From contig OX597817.1 in assembly GCA_951406725.2 (NCBI GenBank), positions 120,156,001 to 120,220,000 of the forward strand: a stretch of DNA of 64,000 bases, written 5' to 3'. The notes beneath the pieces are model-generated. The model was given only the letters and a program-made list of their open reading frames with translations. It was not told where the DNA came from and searched no databases. The DNA is from Octopus vulgaris. Its lineage: Eukaryota. Positions 11,561-22,712 of the stretch are shown piece after piece (positions within the stretch are counted from its first letter, which is position 1; the number at the start of each line of letters is the position of its first letter). Both the position numbers and the translations under genes were made by a program.

Positions 11561-13633
11561 AATGCATAACTCTCTACAATCCTAGCAAATACGAAATAAA
11601 AATTTGCCTGGCTCTCTTCCAAACAATCAAATAATATATCTATGTACTAATAACACAGATCACATACTAAAAGTTTTACTGATTGCACTAAATTACATTT
11701 ATGGATATGTTTTTGATGGACAATAGCAGTAGCAGTAGAATTAATGTTGCTTATAAAATTTTCTTCGAAAATTACAAAAACAAATCACAGAACTCTATAC
11801 ATGTTTTAACAAAGCACTTTTGGTTTAACAGTCTTGTATAAAATTTGGTTTAAACCAAGAATTTAGTTTGTACTTTAAGTGTCTTCGTTTGGAGAGCAAA
11901 TTTTATCTAACTGTTAAATAACATTGAGAGTTTAGATATATCTTTACAGAAACAACATTATTTTATTATAAAATATACTTAAAATAATAATACTAGAATG
12001 AAACTTTTAGTAATCATTATCTGAAATAATTCTTGATTAGTCGAAGATGAACTTTTGCTATTGTAATGAACTACATTTTCCAATACTTTTGGTAAGATTG
12101 GAAATTGCATTTGTTTAATTCAGACATTTTAATGAATAAATCAGATTTTTCCTTTGTTATTAATAAAAACTGTTCTTTGCATAAAATGAAATAGATTTAA
12201 TATATCATTTGAAAATTTGTTAAAGAAAATGTTTAAACTAAATTGTAAAACAAAAAAACAAAAATGGAAAAATAATGTGCATTTGCTTGGATTCAATATT
12301 GTTGTTTGGCAAAATGTGTTTAAAAGTTATTTAAAATAAAAATTATTCATTTGAAGTGGAAATTCAAAACAATGAAACTAAGAAGTGAAATGAAATATCT
12401 TACTACATCAGAAATGTCAATGATGCCTAAAGTAAATTTTTAAAATGCCCAGCAGCATTTTGTGCTTCAGTTATTTTCCCCAATCTAAGAAAAATATCTA
12501 TATATGCATACACACAAAAATTGTAAGAATAATTAAGAAATAAAACAGAATCAATAATTTAATTAAAGTTAAGTCTATTTTAATAACCATTTCTATTGTT
12601 CAGTAAAATTTACTTTTAAGGCATAATAGCTAAATTTGACAGGAAAGTATTGCATAAGTTATCCAATTAATTATCAAACCAAAGAATGAAAATAATGAAA
12701 GCCAACACAAATCCTAATATAATATCTTTATGTATGAAGCAATTTCATTTTGCCCTGCTTGTTTATATGGACATTTATTGAAAAGTTCTGCAAATTTAAG
12801 TATTAGCAAAATTTCTCTAAGTAGAAGGAAAGCAATTTGAAACATGTCTTAAAAGAAAGAACATTGCTTGTAGCTAAACATTTTTGCTTGTCTCCTTTGG
12901 ATATCAGATATTATTTAATAACTGAGAAAAAAAAATATTAATACATTTGATAAATTCGCAGCAAAAATAACATACGTCATAATTTGATTCCCTAATGTTT
13001 TCAAAAACCCATAAAAACATTTAAACTTGAACAAAATGCATCAAATATTATTTCTTGTATATTTACATCCAGACTGTAACATCCATAAACAAACAAATGT
13101 AGCACTGACAAACATATAAAGGGTTTCATCTTTGTACTAAATGAATGCAAAGAACTGAAGGTTTTAAAGACTGTAAATATATTCTAGCACTCAGAATCAA
13201 AACTTCATTAATTAATAAATGCCATGTTGAAAAATTGTGGATTGTAAAATAGATTCCTTAAAATTAAACATAGATCATCTAGTGTTAGCATAATGGATAG
13301 TTTATAACAGTTGAAGCTCTTTCAGACAATTTCAGCTTGTAATGATACCAGTTAAACAGCATTACATACACACTAGCAAAACAAGATTATAACGAAGAGA
13401 ATAGTTCCCATCTGTGGCACAACAGGGATTGCCTAAACCAGTGGCATGGTTGTTTCCTCACATGGATTTGTAGTACAGTAATATTGTGTTCACCAACCAA
13501 TAAGCATTTAAGGACATCAACTTTGATTCACTGAATGAATGGATACAACCTGCTGAGAATCAGAGAAGATAAGAACAGAATTTCAAGGTAAACATTTTTA
13601 ACCAGAAAAACTAATATTTTTACATTATTAAAA

Positions 13634-13969
13634 CTAGCTGACCACATGCTGTCAATAATGACAGCTAATTGTAGTATTTTATATGTAAATAAGGTACAAA
13701 ATAAGGTACATAATAATCACACATACATTCACATACTTCCCTTGTACATGCACACACATACACACATGTATTCACACAGAATTGAAATGCTGATTTTTTT
13801 CACCCCTTCCTTTCTCTCATTGCTATTACTTTCTCTCACTCCCTCTCAGTCAGGGCTATTACTCTCACTACTTCTCCTTCACTGAATTACTATTTTCTCT
13901 CCTGCTCCATGTCCAGTATGATTCTGGACAAATATATGAGAACACTACGAGCATTATTATATTAGGAGA
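13634..13969 (-). mobile_element. Non-autonomous Helitron
   Basis: On the minus strand: A|TCTCCTAATATAATAATG 5' end; 3' hairpin GCTGTCA-TTAT-TGACAGC, 10 nt, then CTAG|T. Inserted between A and T with no target duplication. Confidence 0.75.
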
Positions 13970-14134
13970 TTATAAGTAAAATAGTAATCTTAATTCTACT
14001 TTTATTGCATGTATACACAGACACATCAGTACCTAGCATAAAGTCACACACTCACTTCCCTAATACTCCCACCCTTCTTAGTCATAGTAGCTTTCCCCTT
14101 TTCTGTTGTTTTTCTCTCTTGCAGCTTATATGAT

Positions 14135-14346
14135 GATCTCACCAGTGGTGCTGGCATGAAAAAAGTATTCACTATACACTGTGAAGTGGCTCATGTCAGG
14201 AACAGCATCTAGCCCTAAAAAAACATGCCAAGGCTGACACCAGAACTTAGCACAGCTCCCGCAATTTGTCAAATCCTGCCAAATTATCCAACATATACCA
14301 ATATTGGAAAACAGACATTAACTGATACGATGATGATGATGATGAT
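14135..14346 (+). mobile_element. SINE family B (RTE-like tail), diverged
   Basis: Similar to 57788-58083; ends in cagacattaa..(GAT)n tail. Confidence 0.65.
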
Positions 14347-14677
14347 ACGCAAGCTTATGACCAATTCAGATGTGTTTCTGGGACATTTGAATTTGTAAGG
14401 CTTTTCACTAGTTTGTCATGAAGATAAAAATTCTTGATTATAAAAAAAAAAGAAAAAGAGAAAAAAAATTCGTTTCTAAAAACAACTTTTATCCGACCCT
14501 AACATTTCTATATTTTCAACATATATTTTGTATTAATCAGGTTTTCTGGGAAGGTTAATTCCATTATATATATTTCATGCAGACTTCATTTGCCTTGAGC
14601 ATGTCTATGAGAAATATTTTTGCTAGTTGCAAACCCCTGGGAATGAATTGCACACCACTTTTATGCATCTTAAGAAC

Positions 14678-14708
<31 letters not shown>

Positions 14709-15802
14709 AAGAGAGAGTGTGTGTGTTTGTACAAACACAAAGGCTGAAGGGGAAAAGTGTGGGGGAAAAATAAAACCACATTAGAATTGTGAATTATGGC
14801 AGAACAGGAAGGAATAAAAAATAAAAATAAAAAAGGACGCATGACACTAGTCTTTACAAAATTCAAATAAAGGTTAAGATACATCAGAATTGTAGTACAT
14901 TATGATGCTTGTAAGTGTAGTTGAAGGAAAACATTGACAGGGGAAATGAATAAATAATCACTATACAATATTAATGAGACTAGTTCAGACAAACTCAAGA
15001 AGCAGTTGAGTTTTAGAGACTGTGAAAAAAGGAAATACATGAAAAGGTAATGAGACAGGTTAATCCACATAATTTGAAAAGTAATTATTTTCATGTTTTC
15101 TTCCTTTTTTTTCTTTTTCTTTGGCTTTTATTTTTTGTTTTGCTATGTAAAAGCAATACCTCAATCAAATTATTGAAAAATGTACATATGTAATTTTTTA
15201 AGAGTATGCACTTGGTAAATTTGGATAATCATAGAGCTTTATTATTCTACAGAAAAATTTACAATTAGACAAAATTGTGTAAGTACCAAACACTCTAAAC
15301 ATATTATACGGATTTAACGATTATGTTAGTATTCTATTAAGTTAAATTAAAAAAAGCTTTAAACATTTCCAAAGGAGGAAAGTGAGAAGTTAACGTTCAT
15401 GGATAATGATAATCAAGACGAAAATATTAGTGATAATTGGAGCAGAAGTAAGCTTAAATAGACATGGAGTAAAAAATAAATTCCAAAGTAATTTTCAAAG
15501 CGAAGAAAAGGTGTTTAAAGAATTTGAAAGGAATTTGCCAGCTTTCAGTGACACAAGTGACCGATTAGTCATTATTTCCCCATATATTGATGGAGGGGAA
15601 TTATGGTCAGCATGCAATGTTAGTGAATAGCTATTGCTGATGAGATGCAAAATATCCTGAAAGCACTTGATATAGCAGTTATAGCACCAGTGCTGGGCCA
15701 CTCTTATCTAGTATGATACCTTCTTAAGACAAATACCAAATATTACAGCGCTCTAATAAAATATTCATCTAAAGTAGATTACAAGACTGCCATATACATA
15801 TA

Positions 15803-15834
<32 letters not shown>

Positions 15835-15982
15835 GATAGTTGCAAAGGAACCAAGTCAGGGACACCCTGTTGCAGTAAGCGCAATGAAAATTTTAACACT
15901 GAATAATAAGTGATTAAGTGAAGTTCACTGTTTTTATGCCAATTTTGAATGGCAAATGTCTTTTCATGCAGTAAACACACAC

Positions 15983-16350
15983 ATCATCATCATTATCATT
16001 TAACGCCCGTTTTCCATGCTGGCATGGGTTGGACGGTTTGACTGGGGACTGGCAAGCTGGGAGGCCGCACCAGGCTCCAATCTGATCTAGCAATGTTTCT
16101 ACAGCTGAATGCCCTTCCTAGTGCCAACCACTCCAAGAGTGTAGTGGGTGCTTTTTATGTGCCACTGGCAAGGGGGCCAGTCAGGTGGTACTGGCATCGA
16201 CCATGTTTGGATGATGCATTGTGCCACTTGCACGGGGAGCCACTCAGGTGGCACTGGCAATGACCCATGCATGAACAGTTCTTATTGCATGCCACCAGCA
16301 TGAGTGCCAGCCAGGCGGCACTGACATCAGCCACAACTACAATTTCCATC
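15983..16350 (-). mobile_element. SINE family B (RTE-like tail, internal ~65-bp repeats)
   Basis: (CAT)n-tttaacgcccgttttccatgctggcatgggttggacgg..gcccttccta.tgccaaccactcc shared with the copies at 30216, 45775 and 56028. Confidence 0.85.
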
Positions 16351-17366
16351 TGATTGTGATTTGATTTTAGATTTGACGATTGTAGTGAGTTTTCAGTGGC
16401 CAGAAGGGAGAGGAAATCTATAGAGATGAAATCAGTTTATAATAATTTATGACAGTAACAGTAATTAATAGAAATATATTCAACTTGCTTTCTGCTAGTA
16501 ATTCTTTTCGTTTATGAGTGTATTAAAATTTTCTAAAAACATGTGGAAACATTATTTTATGATTTACTTTTGCAAAGATTTAAACTGTCAGATTTTGCTG
16601 TTAATATAAGCAGATTGTGTCTTAATCTATGATATTGTTACTGAACCTAAATAGATTTTGTTCGTAATCAGTATAATATTTTAGTGTTAGGACAGTTCAA
16701 TAACGAAGAGAAAATGTGGATTATTTTGATTTATGGCAAAATCAAGTAATGACAAGGACAGTTGCTCTATTTCCAGCTTTTTGTAACTGGGATTATGCTA
16801 TACTAAGCTTTCATATAATGAAAATTGAGAAGATGTGTATTCTTTTTAAAGGCAATATAAATTATAAATATCTAAAAACACAAAATAAAACTAAGTTAAA
16901 CAAAATGCTGTATAAAAATAGTCTAAAGAAATCTCAAAGTGTTAATAAACCCAAATATTAGAAACTTGAATAAACATCATTTTGAAAAGGCATAAATAAT
17001 GCAAGAGTTTAGCATTAAACAAAGTTTGTAATTGTGTATTATCATTCTTAAAATAGCTGGGTTTGCAGTCCAACAACAGGCACTTTTCTTCAGGGCCAGT
17101 GATAATTCAACTCACAACAATTATTAACACTTTGAAAAACTTGAGTTCAGGAGAAGCCCACATGGAATGTTGCACCAACAACTGGAATGGTGCTGCTCAG
17201 ACTGACATTCTCGGTCACACCTAAAAAGCAGACCAGCCAAATGACTGGCATAAAGTCACTCAGAACATGCCCCAGCTCCCCACCTATATATGTGTTGCTA
17301 CTTCTACACCAACTATAATGGCCTTTGCTTCTCAGAGTTAATTGGGTTCATGTCATCTTCACTCTG

Positions 17367-17485
17367 GTATTCTCAACCCACTTGGCACTCTCAACCCAGG
17401 CATTCTCACTCAGGCATTCTCACTGTCATTGTCACTCAGGCGTTCTCACTCAGACATTCTCAACTCACAGGTGTTTCTCAACCTC
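17367..17485. repeat. Degenerate ~14-bp minisatellite (GGCATTCTCACTCA)
   Basis: Repeated CATTCTCACTCAG / TTCTCAAC units; source of three overlapping spurious ORFs. Confidence 0.7.
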
Positions 17486-17553
17486 ACCTCCTCTCATTAT
17501 CCTTGTTGTGGTCAATCCCCCCAGGCCCCACAATCAGTTTTTCTTTTCTAGGA

Positions 17554-18097
17554 TATCAGTCATCTGAAATTTCTTCCCTTTCATATCTTTTCTTCAGGTG
17601 TTCACTTCGCAAGCAAGTTCAAGAGAAAGTAGTCTAGAAGGGCTTGAAATGGCTGTGGACAATGCCCCTTTGTTCAGACCCAGCAAATAAAAATAAATAA
17701 TATATAAACAGATATATTACTGCACTCACTCCAACTTTAAATATAAAAACAAGTTTGTATGCTTTAAATGAACTAATGGAATGAATAGACTAAATAAAAG
17801 ATTTTGATAGAATAAATTACAGAGATGTACTTGCATAGGAAGTGACCTGATCTGAGATCGTGTGCTGGAATGAAAACAATTGCAGCATGGAAGGTTGGAG
17901 TGAGTTATATTTAAAGTTGGAGTGAGTGCAGTAATATATCTGTTTATATATTATTTATTTTTATTTGCTGGGTCTGAACAAAGGGGCATTGTCCACAGCC
18001 ATTTCAAGCCCTTCTAGACTACTTTCTCTTGAACTTGCTTGCGAAGTGAACACCTGAAGAAAAGATATGAAAGGGAAGAAATTTCAGATGACTGATA
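17554..18097. repeat. Perfect 193-bp inverted repeat (arms 17554-17746 and 17905-18097, 158-bp spacer)
   Basis: Direct reverse-complement match; no mismatches seen by eye. Confidence 0.95.
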
Positions 18098-18614
18098 AGC
18101 CATTTAAGAAACACACGAAAACTGTTAGATTCATTTCAACGTTTAAATTTAATTTGTCAAAATATTTTCGTCACTTTGAGACCACGAACTGTTCACTGAC
18201 AAAATTCTGTTCTGCATCTCTGAGATGACAAATTAAATTTATAGAATAAATTATTATTTATTTTTAGACATAAACAGAAAAGATAATGACATTTCTTTTT
18301 TAAAGAAAACATTTATTAATCTTCTTTTCTTAGTGTATATAAATATTTTCATTTGCTCATAATTCATATAATTTTATTTTAAAATTTTGTGTCATTTTGC
18401 ATAAGTAGCTTACTCAAATTAATTTCCTACAGGAACTTATCTTGCTGAGAATTGGTATCAAAGATTGAGCATTTCATGGACAATATTCATTACTATCAGC
18501 CATTAATAATAACAAGAAACAACCTAAGTTGAGAAGGAATAACAGTAGAGTGTAGAGAATTTTATAATAGTTCTGCTTGTCATTGCATTACTTAGCCCAT
18601 TGGTTTCATGTGGT

Positions 18615-19010
18615 TAGAGAAAAAGAGGGAGAAATGATAAAGGGAGAGAGAGAAAGAAGGGAGGGAGAAAAAGTGAGAGCGAAAAGGCGAAAAGCATCGA
18701 TGACATGAGGTAGAAGGAATGTAATTGTAACACTTTCACAAGATTAGTTGAAGTGAAAGAGAGGAGAAACAAAAAGAAGGCAGCAAAAGAGGAAAGGCAA
18801 AGAATGCAACAGAAAGAGGGAGAAAGAAAATAGAGAGAAAAAGAGCGAGAAGCGTCCATGATGCGTGGTAGGGGGAATGTGATAATTTTAGCTGAGGGGT
18901 GATGTTCTGATGGTGAGGTTAAAGGCAGAGAGAGAGAGAGAGAGAGGGAGAGAGACAGACAGACAGAGGGGAGAGATGGGGAATGAGATGATGGAGGTGG
19001 TGGTGATGAT
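18615..19010. repeat. Purine-rich (GA) low-complexity tract including (GA)n and (GACA)n
   Basis: Strong A/G bias; produces the spurious S/L/F-rich ORF 18614..19252. Confidence 0.8.
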
Positions 19011-20129
19011 TGAATAGTGAAAATTGTATTTTTTGAAATTGAACTAAGTTTTTTATATTGCTTATCACTTAATGCATGTACATAAGTGCAATTCAATGAA
19101 ATATTCTCACTTATATATGTGGCAGATATATGTAATTTTACTGAAGGTTGTATCATATGTATTGGATATTTTTTGTACATGGGAAAAATGGGAAAATATG
19201 AGTGAATACGTATTTTATGAGTGCTCTGTATTATGTCTATAAAATTGTGCATAAAGTGTACATATAAAGTGCATTAAGTAATAGTCATATTCCAAGTGCG
19301 TTCACTTTTCAATGAGTAACAGATGAGTGGCTGTCTTTCCAGACAGACGCAACACAGGATACACTTTCAGGTTTTTTGGATAAAGTTTCCAAAAATACAC
19401 CAAGAGGTTTACCATTAATTCTGTGAAATATTCATGGATCCCACTAGTTAGTACTTATAGTGCTAATAAAAATACTGAAGACATGGAATATATTTTTTTC
19501 TCAAACCATTTCATTCATCTTCTTTATCTATTCTCTCATGCAAACATCCACACCCAAACATTCTACACCCACTATCATTGTTATCCTTATTTCGATTAAA
19601 GTTAAGTTGATAAAACACAACATATTAAATATATTAAACTCAGAAAAACCAGAGCAATGTACTAATTAAAATATTTCAATATTAATGGAAAATACATCAA
19701 TTAAAAAAAAATATAATGATATGTTGGTTGCTTAATTGCTAAAAAGAGAGTCTCTGATATCTCAAATAAATGAGTAAATTCAGTCTGAGTAAACAACTAA
19801 AGCTTTTTAATCAATTTTCCATTTGCATTAACTGTCAGCATACATTTGTCTTTTTCATGATAAAGGCATTTTGTTTACAAATAATATCCTCAATTGTTAT
19901 ACTGACCAAAAAACAAGACTTCCTTCTTAACTCTATAGCGCTTAAATTATGTTTAGAAGGATCTCAGAATGCAATATGTATATTTTGAATTGTTAGAGAA
20001 GAAAACAGAAAAAGTTGTTAAATCACATTACTTGTATTCACTTAGGGTAATATTTATCCATAGTTAGACATCTTTCCATGGGATATTGGAAACAACAAAT
20101 AACAAAAACCTCTGTTCATATACGATGAT

Positions 20130-20342
20130 GCTTGTTTACCACTATCTTGTGATGTCAAATGAAGGAGACACAAACAGAGCCATGCCTACACTTTCAGTTT
20201 CCATCTACCAAATCTACTCACAAGGCTTTTGTCAGCTCGAAGTTATAGTAGAAAAGTGCTACCTAAGATACCATAAAGTAGAACTGAACCTGAAACCACG
20301 TGGTTGAGAAATGACCTTCTTAACCTCACAACCATGCCTACA
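20130..20342 (-). mobile_element. tRNA-derived SINE family C, diverged
   Basis: ctttcagtttccatctaccaaatctactcacaaggcttt is the reverse complement of the 34070 copy. Confidence 0.75.
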
Positions 20343-20349
20343 CATTAAC

Positions 20350-20610
20350 AACTATATGGGAAAATTCCCAGGATAACTACAACTAAGCAGAAGCTAACAT
20401 TCAATGAACATTGCTGAAGAAGCAAAGATGAATTAATCCACTAAGTGCTATTATGGGAACCAACACAATCAAAATGAAAGCAAGGAGGATTTGCAGCAGC
20501 ATACACTGGGCTGTTAGAATGTGACACTCTTATCTGATGTGAACTTATACTAGTTGCAGTAAGAGACAAGGATTAATGAAAGTGCACAGTTAATGAAGCC
20601 CAGTCAAAAC
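20350..20610 (+). mobile_element. RTE-clade LINE ORF2 3' remnant
   Basis: Translates, across stops and shifts, to YGKIPRITT..KLTFNEHC*RSKDELIH*VLLWEPT, typical of RTE-type C-termini. Confidence 0.6.
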
Positions 20611-21569
20611 TGGTTTGTTGTTGTTATTGTTGTTGGTAGTGGTGGTGGTGACGACGACGTCAATGACTACAACAACAGCAATGGCAACAACAATGAAGAA
20701 GGTGAATTTAGAATATAAATCAAGAAAACTGGAAATTTTGAAGTACAATTTACTTTTTACAGTTCTGTCCTTTTGTTGGAATATTTAGCAAAGAAGTAGA
20801 CCATTTATTTCCCAGTTGCATACAAAATTAGACTTTTGACCCTAACATACTGGAAAAAAGGAAACATTAAGAGTTGGTAAAAAGAATACTTAATGAAATA
20901 TAAAATGAAGTATACGACAGCTTCTGTATTTCAATATATATGGCAAAACAAGGAAAATTAACATAACTTCTAGTTAATAAGTAAATGCTATATTGTATTA
21001 AATTGAAAGAGATAAATAGACAAGTTAATAAAGAAGAAAAAATAGTTTAACCCTCTTGGCATGAATTCTTAAAGTCTTCCTTACTATATATCAGTATAGA
21101 TCATTTTTGTTTAGTGATTATGCATCTCTCAAAATTGGCAGCATGGTTCTGTTTCATTTTTTGGTTGCAAGAATGCATTGTATACATCATTATTTTTAAA
21201 TGCAACTGCAGCGCCTCCAGGATTTAATAATGATATGTTAATTATTAATTTATATCTAAAACAAATCTCAGCAATCCTATGTAAATTAATATATTCAATT
21301 TTAGTAAAAAAAAAAAACTTAACTGACATATAAATGTATGCTGACATATGTCGATTAACATAAATTTTTATTTTTCCCCATAACATAAAGTCATTTTGCT
21401 TGCAAATAATATCTTCAATCGCTGCATACAGATAATGGAGTGCATTTTTAACTAAAACAGCATGGAAATTATGTTTCAAAGCATCTCAGAACTCAACATA
21501 ATTGATAAAGTTATTTCTGAAGATTTGCTAGTAAATTGTGGTTTATGCCTTAACTACTGAATATAACTG

Positions 21570-21740
21570 TCACCTCAGAGATCAGGTTGAGTGACTACTT
21601 CTCTGCATTGAGATGGGTTACAGCACCAGTACTATGGACATTAATGATGGTTACTTCTGTAAAACCCTATGGAGGAGGAGCTGGAGTACTCTACCCCCTT
21701 GACCCTCCGATGAACAGTGAGCAGAAAAGATGGATGGATA
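21570..21740 (+). mobile_element. RTE-like LINE extreme 3' remnant
   Basis: Decayed LLPP.P-type end (ctctacccccttgaccctcc) followed by a gatggatggat tail. Confidence 0.4.
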
Positions 21741-21806
21741 CAAATTTTAAATAAACAAAATTATACGATATAATTGTCCTAAACTATTCAAATAAAGGAA
21801 TATTTA

Positions 21807-22018
21807 TTAACCCTTTACCTTTCAAATTAGCCATACCAAGCCCAAATATTCTACTTGTTCTATGTTCAAACCTGTCAGATCTGGCTGCTTACACCTACCC
21901 TAGAATGTCATTTTAAAAATGAACAGTCACATCAAAATTTTGAAGCTATGAAATAATGCATGATTAATTTAAAACATATTGCATTCACTTATTTGACAAA
22001 ATAATCTGAAAGGGTTAA
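21807..22018. mobile_element. TTAA-flanked (piggyBac-like) MITE
   Basis: TTAA-CCCTTT ... AAAGGG-TTAA termini. Confidence 0.75.
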
Positions 22019-22409
22019 ATATACTGAGTGAAAACATGGGAGTCAAATAATTAGAAAAATAGTTTAGGCAAATAATTAAAAGGCAACATGCTCCTCTGAT
22101 TGAGTTGGATTGCCTTTAGAAACAATATCTAAATTTTTTCATGTCAAATGGTTTATCAATCAGTACACCATGCTATACATGAAAGGAACTAAACAATGCC
22201 AATAAAGTATGGCTAAGAAATTTCATATTTTAACAAACTGGTGTGCATTCCATACCATTGAGGGTATCTGAATTAGAAAATCATGTCTGCAGAGAGCTAC
22301 AATATTAATAAAGTGACTTTCTTACTTTTAGGTCTGTCTTCTACTTCACAGATGAGTAGCATCTTATTCCATTGAGCTACCATCAAAATTCTCTTGGCTT
22401 ATATATGGA

Positions 22410-22712
22410 TGTGCATGTATATATACATATGCACATTTATACATACATATATATATATACATGTACATATATATATATATACTTAGAAATGCATATAGTG
22501 TGTATATATATACACACACATACATGTACACAGACACATTTACATATAGATATATACACAAATACATACACATATATGTATGTGTGTGTCTATATAAATG
22601 TGTCTATATGTATTTATATGTATTTATACAAGTGCATACATATATCAATATATATATACACACATACATGTATATGATATATTATATACACACACATTAC
22701 ATAGATATATAA
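22410..22712. repeat. Degenerate (TA)/(CA)/(TG) microsatellite region
   Basis: Mixed purine-pyrimidine dinucleotide runs; source of Y/I/H/T-rich false ORFs. Confidence 0.85.

Noticed and set aside
15541-15606. Kinase-hinge-like peptide AFSDTSDRLVIISPYIDGGELW
   Set aside because: Resembles AGC-kinase ..YINGGELF, but no other kinase motif (VAIK, HRD, DFG) or convincing exon chain was found; likely chance.
17628-17665. Possible eroded hammerhead (gtctagaagggcttgaaatggctgtggac)
   Set aside because: Needs several changes to restore the core and stem II.
18614-19252. 212-aa minus-strand ORF
   Set aside because: Translation of CT-rich low-complexity sequence; no domain.
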